From Gallionellaceae bacterium (GTDB taxonomy: Bacteria; Pseudomonadota; Gammaproteobacteria; Burkholderiales; Gallionellaceae), in assembly GCA_027448945.1 (NCBI GenBank), contig DAIDMQ010000037.1, forward strand, positions 49,791-113,790: DNA of 64,000 bases, written 5' to 3'. Of the stretch, positions 48,683 to 58,394 are shown in pieces (the first letter of the stretch is position 1; each line of letters starts with the position of its first letter). The notes below the pieces were generated by a model, which was given only the letters and a program-made list of their open reading frames with translations, ran no database searches and was not told the origin of the DNA. The position numbers and the translations under genes are program-made.

Positions 48683-50554
48683 ATGAATATCCTTTACGAA
48701 GAAGACGGCAGTTTCAAAGTCGGCAGCATCATGACCGACAACACCAGCTCACTACAGATTGAAAGCCTGTCCGGCAAACGCAGCAAGATCAAAGCTGCCA
48801 ATGTGATGCTGCGCTTCACCCAGCCTGACATGGGTGAATTCCTGCCGCAGGCTGAAGCGATGGCCGGGGAAATCGAGGTGGAGTTTTTGTGGGAGTGCTG
48901 TCCACCGGACGAGTTCGGCTTCGAGCAGACGGCCAACGAATACTACGGCCATACGCCCAGCGCGCTGGAGTCCGCAGCGGTGATGTTGCGCCTGCACGGC
49001 GCACCCATTTATTTCCATCGCAAAGGTAAAGGCCGTTATCGTGCCGCCCCGCCCGATGTACTCAAGGCGGCATTGGCAGGCGCAGAGAAAAAACGCATAC
49101 AACTGGAACTGCAAGCCCGTTATACCGGGCAACTGAGCAAGTTCGAGCTGCCGGCCGAATTCGCCGAGCACCTCAATCATCTGCTCTACCAACCCGACCG
49201 CAACACGCTGGAAGTCAAGGCGCTGGAAGCCGCTTGCGCAGCGACGCATTTGTCAGCCGCACACTTGCTGCATCAATGCGGCGCACTGCCTTCCACGCAT
49301 GACTACCACTACAACAAGTTCCTGTTCGAAAATTTCCCCAAGGGCACCGGCTTCCCCGCCATAGAGATCGCGCCTTGGGCGGAACTGCCGTTGGCGACGG
49401 CACAGGCATTCAGTATCGATGATGCCAGCACTACCGAGATCGACGATGCCTTCTCGGTCGAGAAGCTGGCGAACGGGCATTGGCGCATCGGTGTGCATAT
49501 CGCCGCCCCCGCGCTCGGCCTGCCGCGCGACTCTGCGGGCGATGTCATCGCCGCCGGCCGCTTGTCGACCGTGTATATGCCGGGACAAAAGATCACCATG
49601 TTGCCGGACGAAGTGGTGCAAGCCTTCACCCTCAATGCCGACCATGTCTGCCCCGCGCTGAGCATGTATCTGGAGGTGGACAGCGAGACCCTGCTCATCA
49701 CCTCGCACGAGAGCCGTGTTGAGCGCGTGCACATCGCGGCCAACTTGCGTCACGACACACTGGAGCCTTTGTTCAACGAAGAGACGCTGGCGGCGGGCAG
49801 GCTGGATTACGCATACGCGCCCGAGCTGCGCCTGCTGTGGGATTTCGCACAGCAGCTGGAAGCCCTGCGCGGCAAGGCTTCCGACAACAGCACTACACAG
49901 GTGGATTACAACTTCAACATCGTCGATGACCGCGTCTCCATCACCACCCGCCGTCGCGGTTCACCGATAGACAAAGTGGTGTCGGAATTGATGATTCTGG
50001 TCAACAGCACATGGGGTAAACAGCTCGACGAGCACGGCTTCCCCGGCATCTACCGCACGCAGAACAATGGCAAGGTGAAGATGAGCACGGTGGCCGCACC
50101 GCATCAGGGGCTGGGCGTGGCGCAATATATGTGGTCCAGTTCACCGCTGCGCCGCTATGTGGATATGGTCAACCAGCGCCAGATCATTGCCATGCTGGCC
50201 GATGCCGGGCCTGTATACGCCAAGAACGATCCCGCGCTCTACGGCGTGGTGCGTGACTTTGAGGTGATGTATGGCATCTACAACGATTTCCAGCGCCAGA
50301 TGGAGCGCTACTGGTGCTTGCGCTGGATACAGCAAGAGCATGTGGAAACGTTGCAGGCAACCGTGTTGCGCGAGAATCTTGTACGCGTCGCCAACATCCC
50401 GCTGGTGTTCAAAGCGCACGCCATGCCGGAACAAGCTCCCGGCACCAAAGTCACACTGGGCGTGGGCGACATAGATCTGATCGACCTTAACCTGCATACC
50501 CGCTTCATCGGCGCGGAAACAGCGGCTGTCGCCGTCACGGAGGAAGCTGCTTGA
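48683..50554 (+). CDS. rnb: RNB-domain exoribonuclease (RNase II/R family)
   Basis: SIDDASTTEIDDAFS, STVYMPG.KITMLP, SSPLRRYVD. Confidence 0.9.
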   Translation: MNILYEEDGSFKVGSIMTDNTSSLQIESLSGKRSKIKAANVMLRFTQPDMGEFLPQAEAMAGEIEVEFLWECCPPDEFGFEQTANEYYGHTPSALESAAVMLRLHGAPIYFHRKGKGRYRAAPPDVLKAALAGAEKKRIQLELQARYTGQLSKFELPAEFAEHLNHLLYQPDRNTLEVKALEAACAATHLSAAHLLHQCGALPSTHDYHYNKFLFENFPKGTGFPAIEIAPWAELPLATAQAFSIDDASTTEIDDAFSVEKLANGHWRIGVHIAAPALGLPRDSAGDVIAAGRLSTVYMPGQKITMLPDEVVQAFTLNADHVCPALSMYLEVDSETLLITSHESRVERVHIAANLRHDTLEPLFNEETLAAGRLDYAYAPELRLLWDFAQQLEALRGKASDNSTTQVDYNFNIVDDRVSITTRRRGSPIDKVVSELMILVNSTWGKQLDEHGFPGIYRTQNNGKVKMSTVAAPHQGLGVAQYMWSSSPLRRYVDMVNQRQIIAMLADAGPVYAKNDPALYGVVRDFEVMYGIYNDFQRQMERYWCLRWIQQEHVETLQATVLRENLVRVANIPLVFKAHAMPEQAPGTKVTLGVGDIDLIDLNLHTRFIGAETAAVAVTEEAA

Positions 50555-51402
50555 GCGGTAAACTCGACAAGCTACTGACCACAACCATGCTCGGCTCGCT
50601 GGCGTTCCACGCATTTGCGATCTGGGGGGTGACACTGGTATTGCCTGACCCGAGCAAACTGCCCAATTTCAGTCAGCCCTTGCAAGTGGTGCTGGTCAAC
50701 AGCAAGTCCAAGTCCAAGCCCGAAAATGCTGATGCACTCGCGCAAGCCAATCTGGACGGCGGCGGCAACACCACTGATGACAGGCAGGCCAAAACGCCTA
50801 TGCCGACCTTGCAGGACGACAAGCAATTCACCCCGGAACAAAAAGCCAAGACCTTGGCCTCCCTGGAAGAAGAGTCAAAACGTTTGCTCACGCAGATCAA
50901 GAATGATCGCACCGTCGCGCAACCCGAGATCATCAAGCAAGCCGCGACTGCACAGGCTGACGGTGAAGATCTCGTACAAAAGAGCCTGGAGATCATCCGA
51001 CTGGAAGCGCAGATCAGCAAGAACATGGAAGCCTACCAAAAGATGCCACGCCGAACCTTCATAGGCGCACGCACCAAGGAATATCGCTTCGCACAATACA
51101 TCGAAGACTGGCGCGTCAAAGTCGAGCGCATCGGCAACCTCAACTATCCCGAGCAGGCGCGACGCCAGCAGATCTATGGCAAGTTGCAGTTATCGGTATC
51201 CATCAAGGCCGATGGCAGCGTGGAGAGTATAGAAGTGAGCCGTTCTTCCGGTCAGCGCATCTTGGATGCGGCGGCGATGCGCATAGTCAAATTGGCTGCA
51301 CCTTTCTCGCCTTTGCCGCCCGACATCCGGCGCGACACCGACGTCCTCACCATCACACGCACTTGGAACTTCACACAAGCAGACCATTTGGAAAGCGAAT
51401 AA
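50551..51402 (+). CDS. TonB-family energy transducer (TonB C-terminal domain)
   Basis: N-terminal TM with SLAFH; C-terminal YP..ARR..IYG...SSG.RILDAAA..IV...APF.PLP. Confidence 0.8.
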   Translation: MSGKLDKLLTTTMLGSLAFHAFAIWGVTLVLPDPSKLPNFSQPLQVVLVNSKSKSKPENADALAQANLDGGGNTTDDRQAKTPMPTLQDDKQFTPEQKAKTLASLEEESKRLLTQIKNDRTVAQPEIIKQAATAQADGEDLVQKSLEIIRLEAQISKNMEAYQKMPRRTFIGARTKEYRFAQYIEDWRVKVERIGNLNYPEQARRQQIYGKLQLSVSIKADGSVESIEVSRSSGQRILDAAAMRIVKLAAPFSPLPPDIRRDTDVLTITRTWNFTQADHLESE

Positions 51403-52569
51403 TCACTGCGTTTGGAGTTCCAAGCTGAGCGTGTCTTCCATGTTATTCATCAATAATTTCTGGTGCAGAGACAGCTCCTTGCCGAGCTTGCGATGGTTGT
51501 TCATCGCCTCACGACTCGAAAAATCCACCATCAGGCTGTAGCGGGCTTGATCTGTTTTGGCGATATGCACACGACGCACTCCGGGACGCATCTCGATAGC
51601 GGCAACCGTCTCGCCCAACAGCACGGGTATTTCATTTTCCGCGATGGCAGATGAAATATTGAACAGCGTGAGATGCCGCACTTCGGCCCAAGGCTTGCAT
51701 TGCGCCAACACTTCGGCCGCCCGCCCCCCGGCTCCCCACAAACGCATGCAGCGCTCGGTCTCAACGCGCACCACCTCGCTGACATGGTCGGGCAAGTTGC
51801 CATAGTCGGCCTTGCGGTCCGCCGCGCATTGCTCGCGCACGCTGCGCGCGGCAACCTCGGCCAATGCGGTGTAGTAATTGATCTTGGCCACACCATGAGA
51901 AATGAGCTTGCGATATTGCTCATCTGACAAACCGGTGCCGCCGTGTATCACCAAAGGGATGGAAGTCGCCTCGTGTATCTTCGCCAATCGGTTGTAATCC
52001 AACTTGGGCATCCCCTTCATACGACCATGCACAGTGCCTATCGACACCGCCAGACTATCCACACCCGTGCGCGCTACAAAACCAGCCGCTTCCGCAGCCG
52101 AGGTATAGCTAAGCTCTCCCGGATGCAGTTTGGCGCTCTCGCCCGTCACACCCGGCACATATCCCAGCTCACCCTCCACCGTCACGCCGCAGGCATGTGC
52201 GATGTTGACCAACTCACGGGTCTGCCAAAGATTGTCAGAGAAAGGCAACATGGAAGTGTCCACCATCACTCCGTTACAGCCCGCACGTATTGCACGCCCG
52301 GCATGCTCATGACTACTGCCATGATCGAAGTTGATTGCCACTGGCACAGCGGCACGTTTGGCTGCGGCCAGCACGGCAGGCATCAGCAGCTCAAAATCGT
52401 AATGGCAGAAATGCGCTTCGATCAGATTCAGTACCACAGGTGCGCGGCAGTTTTCAGCCGCCTGCATGATGCCGGACAGGAAGCGTAGATCGACCACGCC
52501 GAAAGCGCCTAGCGCGTAGTTATGGCGGTAAGCGTGGTTAAGCATGTCATTGAGATGGACGAGTGCCAT
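51403..52569 (-). CDS. Class II (Zn) fructose-bisphosphate aldolase-family protein with C-terminal Dabb-like extension
   Basis: NFDHG, VMVD.S, VEGELG.V, LAVSIGTVHG, PLVIHGGTG, KINY; extra 97-aa alpha/beta tail. Confidence 0.85.
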   Translation of the reverse strand: MALVHLNDMLNHAYRHNYALGAFGVVDLRFLSGIMQAAENCRAPVVLNLIEAHFCHYDFELLMPAVLAAAKRAAVPVAINFDHGSSHEHAGRAIRAGCNGVMVDTSMLPFSDNLWQTRELVNIAHACGVTVEGELGYVPGVTGESAKLHPGELSYTSAAEAAGFVARTGVDSLAVSIGTVHGRMKGMPKLDYNRLAKIHEATSIPLVIHGGTGLSDEQYRKLISHGVAKINYYTALAEVAARSVREQCAADRKADYGNLPDHVSEVVRVETERCMRLWGAGGRAAEVLAQCKPWAEVRHLTLFNISSAIAENEIPVLLGETVAAIEMRPGVRRVHIAKTDQARYSLMVDFSSREAMNNHRKLGKELSLHQKLLMNNMEDTLSLELQTQ

Positions 52570-52577
52570 GATGTCCC

Positions 52578-53099
52578 CTAGCGCGGGGTAAGCCCCGCCA
52601 GTGCCGCCTCGGCACTCTGCTCATAACGGCTACGCTCCTGACGCGCGGCCTCTTCCAAAGCCTGATTGATGTCCGGATATTTCAGCGCGAGTATGCGGGC
52701 CGCCAACATCGCCGCATTCTTGGCGCCGTCCACCGCGACTGTCGCGACCGGCACACCGGGCGGCATCTGCACCGTGGACAACAAAGCATCCAGACCCGAC
52801 ATCACACCGCCCGAAAGCGGCAGACCGATCACCGGCAGACGCGTATGTCCGGCGATGACGCCGGCCAGATGCGCCGCAACCCCGGCACAACCGACCAAGA
52901 CCTGCACATTCTCCCTATGGGCGCGCTCCAGATACTTAAACACCTTGTCCGGGGTGCGATGCGCGGAGGCAACGATGATTTCACTGCTGATGCCCAGATC
53001 ACTCAGGGTATCGCGGACCTTGACCACGGTGGGCAGGTCGGTGGGGCTGCCGGTAAGGATGCCCACCATGATGGCGGGGCGCATATTGTTTGCTGACAT
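52578..53099 (-). CDS. purE: N5-carboxyaminoimidazole ribonucleotide mutase (class I PurE, divergent)
   Basis: SAHRTP, AGVAAHLAGV, PVIGLP, LLSTVQMPPGVPVATV, NAAMLA. Confidence 0.9.
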   Translation of the reverse strand: MSANNMRPAIMVGILTGSPTDLPTVVKVRDTLSDLGISSEIIVASAHRTPDKVFKYLERAHRENVQVLVGCAGVAAHLAGVIAGHTRLPVIGLPLSGGVMSGLDALLSTVQMPPGVPVATVAVDGAKNAAMLAARILALKYPDINQALEEAARQERSRYEQSAEAALAGLTPR

Positions 53100-53133
53100 T
53101 GTTTAACTCCTCATCAATTTCAAGAACCACGCT

Positions 53134-53772
53134 TTACTCGAATGCGATGAAACGATTGCTGCCCGGGTCATAGCGCATCAGCTCGATGCGCTCCATATCG
53201 AAATACCAACCGTGTAGCGTCAGCTTCTTTTGCATGACCCGTTCCAATACCCAGGGAAAAGTCAGCAGATTGTCCAGCGACACTAAAATCGCTTCCTGTT
53301 CGCAGGCGCGCAGACATGCCTCTTGCGAATCGCCCTGCATACGCGCCAACACGCGGTTGCGCGCATGCGCCGCGACGCGCATCCAGTCTTTGACAAAACT
53401 GTTGGCACGCGCCGTCGCGTTGTCCTGCTGCATCAGCCCGCGTATGCCACCGCAGTGCGAATGCCCCAACACGATGATGTTTTCCACTGCCAGATCACAG
53501 ACCGCGAACTCCAGTGCCGCACTGGTGCCGTGAAAACTGCCGCCGGTCTCATAGGGCGGCACCAGATTGGCGACGTTGCGTATGGTGAACAGATCACCGG
53601 GATCGCAATCGGTGACGATGGCCGGATCGACCCGCGAATCACAGCAGCCCACCACCACAGTCTTGGGGGCTTGCCCCTGCGTGGCGAGGCGCTCGAACAA
53701 ATCGTGATGCTGCGCATACCGCCCGCCGCGAAAGCGCTTGAAGCCATCCACCAGTTTTTCAATATGACTCAT
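53134..53772 (-). CDS. Beta-class carbonic anhydrase
   Basis: CCDSRV (CxDxR), GDLFTIRNVAN, HSHCGG (HxxC), LHGWYF. Confidence 0.94.
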   Translation of the reverse strand: MSHIEKLVDGFKRFRGGRYAQHHDLFERLATQGQAPKTVVVGCCDSRVDPAIVTDCDPGDLFTIRNVANLVPPYETGGSFHGTSAALEFAVCDLAVENIIVLGHSHCGGIRGLMQQDNATARANSFVKDWMRVAAHARNRVLARMQGDSQEACLRACEQEAILVSLDNLLTFPWVLERVMQKKLTLHGWYFDMERIELMRYDPGSNRFIAFE

Positions 53773-53837
53773 CGCAGCCCCCTTCACTACTTTTATCGGC
53801 TATCGTCGCAGCGTGCATAAAACCGTAGAATGCCGTC

Positions 53838-54251
53838 ATGGAACTCACTTGTTATCGCGACGCGGCACTGTCACAAGAAGCGCGCACCCTGCCCGCCGCC
53901 ACCTACAATCTTGCCATCACCCTACTGGAACAGACCCCGCACGGTTGCCTGTTCGTCCCGATACGCAGCATGCAATACCTTGCCGTCATAGATCACGAGG
54001 AATTCGTGTTCATCGACGGCATGCGCAAATGCTGGATAGACATTGCATGGCGGCAATTTCATCCACAACAGCGCCACGCGCTCAACGAGGCGGTGAATTA
54101 TCTGGCGGTGAATTACCAAGCCGGCAGCGCCGCGCTCATGCCGCGCCTGCAAGCCGAATTGGCACGCGCATTAACCGCCTTGTCCCTGCAACAACGACCG
54201 CTGCAACCCGCACGGGTACTCAAATTTCCCGGCACTCGGGCCCGTTCCTAA
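53838..54251 (+). CDS. Hypothetical protein
   Basis: 137-aa ORF with protein-like composition (LFVPIRSMQYLAVID.EEFVFID), divergent from the carbonic anhydrase gene. Confidence 0.7.
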   Translation: MELTCYRDAALSQEARTLPAATYNLAITLLEQTPHGCLFVPIRSMQYLAVIDHEEFVFIDGMRKCWIDIAWRQFHPQQRHALNEAVNYLAVNYQAGSAALMPRLQAELARALTALSLQQRPLQPARVLKFPGTRARS

Positions 54252-54550
54252 TCGTCGTCTCCCAGCTCGGCATCCCAACCTTGTTCCTTGGCATGTTTGA
54301 TCGCAGCCTCATGGATGCTCATGTAGCGCGCCAACAGATCGGGTGGCAGATGGCTGGGTAGATGGCCGTACTTTTCCCACTCTTCATGGGTTTTCTCATA
54401 CAGATTCTGTATCTGTCCCGCCGTCCATCCTGCACAATCCTCGCTGTCGGGAATGAAGCCAAACACCCAACCGTCTTTAACGATTTGAGCCAAGTTAGTC
54501 ATGCCGCCGTTTTCGTCGTTGTGCAGTCCTGCGTATGTGATTTGAGTCAT
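54248..54550 (-). CDS. Hypothetical protein downstream of cbbO
   Basis: 100-aa acidic, Trp-rich ORF co-oriented with cbbLSQO. Confidence 0.72.
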   Translation of the reverse strand: MTQITYAGLHNDENGGMTNLAQIVKDGWVFGFIPDSEDCAGWTAGQIQNLYEKTHEEWEKYGHLPSHLPPDLLARYMSIHEAAIKHAKEQGWDAELGDDD

Positions 54551-54651
54551 TTTTATTTACCGAGAAAATAGTCGTAAGTCAGTAGTCGTAGTGCTTGCAA
54601 GTTTTTGACTAGACTCAAGCTTTCCAGCTTGTATCCAAGTGGTTATCCGAA

Positions 54652-56979
54652 TCAGCGTGTCAAACCCGCATAAAGCAAAGGCAGTTTCTCCGGCAAGCGT
54701 GCTACTTGGTCCACCACCATATAATTCTTTGCGCCGAAGATGCGTGAAACATATTCATCCGCACGCGGATCCAAACTCATGCAGTAAGTGAGTATTCCAT
54801 TGCGTCCCGCTTCTTCGACCGACTTTTTTGCGTCGTGACGGAGATATTGAGGGTCGCGTATATCCACATCGGCAGGTTCGCCATCGGTGATCACCAGCAG
54901 CAATTTTTTCGCCGAGCGTTGACGCTTCAAATAATGCGTGGCGTGGCGTATTGCCGCCCCCATACGCGTCGAAAGTTGCCCGGTCATGCCCGCCAATCTG
55001 GCCTTGGGGACTTCGTTATAAGGTTGGTCGAAGTCTTTGAAGCGTTGATATTCCACGCCATGCCGGCCATCCGAACAAAAGCCGTGTATCGCAAACGGGT
55101 CGCCCACTTTGTTGATCGCATCCGCCAGCAACACCGTCGCCTGACGCGTCAAATCAAGCACGGTGTGTTCTTGTCCGGCCACTTTGTCGTTGGTGGATTC
55201 GGACAGATCCAGCAGTACCATCACCGAGATATCGCGGATTTTGCGCACGCTGCGCATCATGATGCGCGGGTCCGGCTGCATCCCCATGCGTATATCCATA
55301 CTGCCTGCGATTGCCGCATTGATATCGAGTTCGTCGCCATCCTCCAGTTTGCGTATCCGTGTTACGCCTTGCGGCTGCATCGCATCGAGCAAGAATTTCA
55401 TTTGCGCGATGACACGCTTGTGTTGTGCGGCGATGTCGTCGATGACTTGCAAATCCCCGACCTTGGGGCGCTTCTCCAACACCGTCGTCCAACTCGGGCG
55501 CTCCAGTTGTATCTGGTAATCCCACTCGGCGTAGTGATACGGATCGGAAACCGGCTCTTTGCCTTCCATCTCGTTATAAGACTTGCCCATGTCTTCGTAA
55601 GGGCGCAACTCCGTGCCGAGCACCCAGATTTCTTGCGCGTCATCGCCGGCCAGTTCGCAGTCCAGTTCATTGACCATTTCCATCACGCTGACGTACTTGC
55701 GCACTTGCTTGACGGTCTCGTAACCCGCCGCCGCAGCCTGATCGGAATCGAATTCTTCAAACGCCCAGAAGTAGCGATTGTCGTCGCGGTACGGAACAGT
55801 CAGCTCATCGCTACGCGGATTGAAGGCTATGCCTTTGTCCTTCAATTTGTGCGCCAGTTGCACGCCTATTTCCCATGACACCAAATTGTCCTGCAAACGC
55901 TCTGCCGCTTGGGCAAACAACACACGACCCTCGGCTACCCACGCGTCTTCATCCGCATAATCCGCATCCAGCAGCGCACGCGCCAAACGGTTCAGATAAT
56001 CCCCCACGCTGGCATTCTGTGTGGCAGTAATGGTGTGGAATTTTGCCCACAGCGGACGCAAGCCGGGCATACGGCGTATCGACAAAGTTTCCACACGCGC
56101 ATCTTCAATGACCGCGATCACCGCCATCTGCAATGGATTGAGCGACTCGGCGGAAATCGGCGTGCCGGTCTCGGCGATATGTGCCGCGCTGTGTGCGGCA
56201 GCCGCGCGATACAACTCCAGCCCCGTGATGCCCTCGAAATCATCATAGGCATCGGGCAAGTGCATCAAATAACCTTCTATGTAAGGCCTGTAGCCGACCC
56301 GAGTTTCAAAATCTCCCGATGTCGGGCGCAAAAAGAAATCACGTCCCCACAAGGCGCGCAGATACATGTTGATGCGTCGCTGCACATCGACGAACAGCGT
56401 GCCCTTGCGCTCTTTTTGCAGCATTGCCAGCGACTCTTTGGAGTTCAGACTGAAATAGCTGAACTGCTCCTCATAGTTGGTGCGATGCGCATGTGCGCCC
56501 CACAACGCCCAGCGGCGCAAACCGCCCAGTGTAAGCTGGCTGAACAGCACATCGAGCTTGTCCAGCATCGGACGCACGCCGCGCGGGGCTTTGGATACCA
56601 GGGAATCGACGAATTGCAGATAATTCAAAAACAGTTGCGCGTCGCCCAAACGACGGGCCGCCGTGGCTGAGGTGGCGAGCATCAACTCGATCACCGAAGC
56701 GGAGGTTTTGGACGTTAGGTTCATCGCGGTCTGCGCCAGATCGACGATCACTTCTTCGCCTATTTCTTTGCTCACCTGCGGCGCTTCTTCCAACCAGGCA
56801 ATAACCAGGCCTGACCCGCGTCCGAGTTGATTGATTGCCGAGGCCGCCTTCAAATAGTTATCCAGGCCCCGCGAAGAAAACGCTTTAGTCGCCTCGCCCC
56901 AAGATGCATGCAAAACTTGCACTGCTTCGTGCGGCAGTCCGTCTAATAACGCTTGGTAGTCTTCCAGTTTTATAGACAT
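54652..56979 (-). CDS. cbbO: Rubisco activase adaptor CbbO (VWA domain)
   Basis: C-terminal VWA domain with MIDAS DLSES, STRMG and ITDGEP; follows cbbQ. Confidence 0.95.
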   Translation of the reverse strand: MSIKLEDYQALLDGLPHEAVQVLHASWGEATKAFSSRGLDNYLKAASAINQLGRGSGLVIAWLEEAPQVSKEIGEEVIVDLAQTAMNLTSKTSASVIELMLATSATAARRLGDAQLFLNYLQFVDSLVSKAPRGVRPMLDKLDVLFSQLTLGGLRRWALWGAHAHRTNYEEQFSYFSLNSKESLAMLQKERKGTLFVDVQRRINMYLRALWGRDFFLRPTSGDFETRVGYRPYIEGYLMHLPDAYDDFEGITGLELYRAAAAHSAAHIAETGTPISAESLNPLQMAVIAVIEDARVETLSIRRMPGLRPLWAKFHTITATQNASVGDYLNRLARALLDADYADEDAWVAEGRVLFAQAAERLQDNLVSWEIGVQLAHKLKDKGIAFNPRSDELTVPYRDDNRYFWAFEEFDSDQAAAAGYETVKQVRKYVSVMEMVNELDCELAGDDAQEIWVLGTELRPYEDMGKSYNEMEGKEPVSDPYHYAEWDYQIQLERPSWTTVLEKRPKVGDLQVIDDIAAQHKRVIAQMKFLLDAMQPQGVTRIRKLEDGDELDINAAIAGSMDIRMGMQPDPRIMMRSVRKIRDISVMVLLDLSESTNDKVAGQEHTVLDLTRQATVLLADAINKVGDPFAIHGFCSDGRHGVEYQRFKDFDQPYNEVPKARLAGMTGQLSTRMGAAIRHATHYLKRQRSAKKLLLVITDGEPADVDIRDPQYLRHDAKKSVEEAGRNGILTYCMSLDPRADEYVSRIFGAKNYMVVDQVARLPEKLPLLYAGLTR

Positions 56980-57036
56980 GGCTCATCTCTAAAAAGTCCC
57001 CTCATCGCGGCGCGGGCCGAATGAGAGAGTGTGCGT

Positions 57037-57849
57037 TTATTGATCACTAAAAAATGTAGTGACAGCGGCATCCAGTGCATCCCGCATGTCGGGATCGTCG
57101 GTGATTGGGCGTACTAGGGCAACACGACAAGCCGTCAGCGGGGGAACATTTTTGGCGATCAGGGAACCTGCGTACACCAACATACGCGTGGAAATACCTT
57201 CATCCAAACCGTGGCCTTTAAGATTGCGCGCACGCTCCGCGATGTTCACCAGCTTGCCCGCGACTTCCATGGACACGCCGGTTTCATGCACCACGATCTC
57301 GCTCTCCGCCTGATGCGCGGGGTAGTTGAAGTCCAGTCCGCCAAATCGTTGTTTGGTCGACTGCTTCAAGTCTTTCATCAAACTTTGGTAACCGGGGTTG
57401 TAGGAGATCACCAGACTGAAATCCGGATGTGCATGCAGCAATTCGCCCTTTTTTTCCAAAGGCAATACGCGACGATTATCGGTCAGCGGATGAATCACCA
57501 CCGTCGTGTCTTGTCGTGCTTCGACCACTTCATCGAGATAGCAGATCGCACCGTAACGTGCCGCGATTGCGAGCGGCCCGTCTTGCCAGCGCGTGCCGTT
57601 GGCATCCAACAAAAAGCGACCCACCAAATCGGAAGCGGTCATATCTTCGTTGCAAGCCACGGTAATCAGCGGCTTGCCCAAACGCCACGCCATATGCTCG
57701 ACGAAACGCGTCTTGCCGCAACCCGTCGGGCCTTTGAGCATCATCGGTATACGCACGGAGTAAGTTGCGTCAAACACTTCGACTTCATCACCCACGGGAC
57801 GATAGTAAGGTTCTTTTTTAATCAAATACTGCTCGATGATGTCAGTCAT
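57037..57849 (-). CDS. cbbQ: Rubisco activase AAA+ ATPase CbbQ (MoxR family)
   Basis: GPTGCGKT (Walker A), [12 protein letters not shown] (Walker B), YNPGYQ, STKQRF. Start at MTDII. Confidence 0.96.
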   Translation of the reverse strand: MTDIIEQYLIKKEPYYRPVGDEVEVFDATYSVRIPMMLKGPTGCGKTRFVEHMAWRLGKPLITVACNEDMTASDLVGRFLLDANGTRWQDGPLAIAARYGAICYLDEVVEARQDTTVVIHPLTDNRRVLPLEKKGELLHAHPDFSLVISYNPGYQSLMKDLKQSTKQRFGGLDFNYPAHQAESEIVVHETGVSMEVAGKLVNIAERARNLKGHGLDEGISTRMLVYAGSLIAKNVPPLTACRVALVRPITDDPDMRDALDAAVTTFFSDQ

Positions 57850-57973
57850 GGTTAGCTCCATCCAGATTAAAACACGGGGGCGTAAAGAATCGCGCGGCAA
57901 TCATTTACGTCCCGATACGGACTTTAAAAAGTCCCCCACCGGATCAGCAGCGGGGGCCAAGGGAGTGATGCGG

Positions 57974-58330
57974 TTAAACGGTTTTGCCTCGGTAAATCAC
58001 CATGGCAGCACCCTGACTCTGCTTGAAGTTGTCATAGCCGACCAAGCGAACGTGATTGTTCGGGTTGGCCTTCTTGCAAGCGGCAGCTTCCGCCACCACG
58101 CGCGCCACGTCGGTTTCACCAAACATCGGCAACTTCCACATATACCAGTAGTTATCCATCAGATTTTCCGGCTCGGTGTGTTCAATCGCCGGGTTAAAAC
58201 CTTTGGAGATAAGGTATTTAACTTGTTTGTTGATGTTGTCATCGCTCATCGCAGGCAAGTAAGAGAAAGTCTCGAACTTGCGGCTGGCTGGGTCAGACAC
58301 GCGGGATTTGTAATCTTGCATTTCGCTCAT
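57974..58330 (-). CDS. cbbS: Rubisco small subunit (form IA)
   Basis: [36 protein letters not shown]. Confidence 0.98.
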   Translation of the reverse strand: MSEMQDYKSRVSDPASRKFETFSYLPAMSDDNINKQVKYLISKGFNPAIEHTEPENLMDNYWYMWKLPMFGETDVARVVAEAAACKKANPNNHVRLVGYDNFKQSQGAAMVIYRGKTV

Positions 58331-58394
58331 TTTATTTTCCTTTAAGTTATCTGGTCGCTGGTGCAACCGTGCCTATGCACGGTTGCGGATTGGC

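Noticed and set aside
54835-55878. 347-aa plus-strand ORF
   Set aside because: Lies entirely antisense to cbbO with no recognisable motifs; a shadow ORF typical of GC-rich coding DNA.
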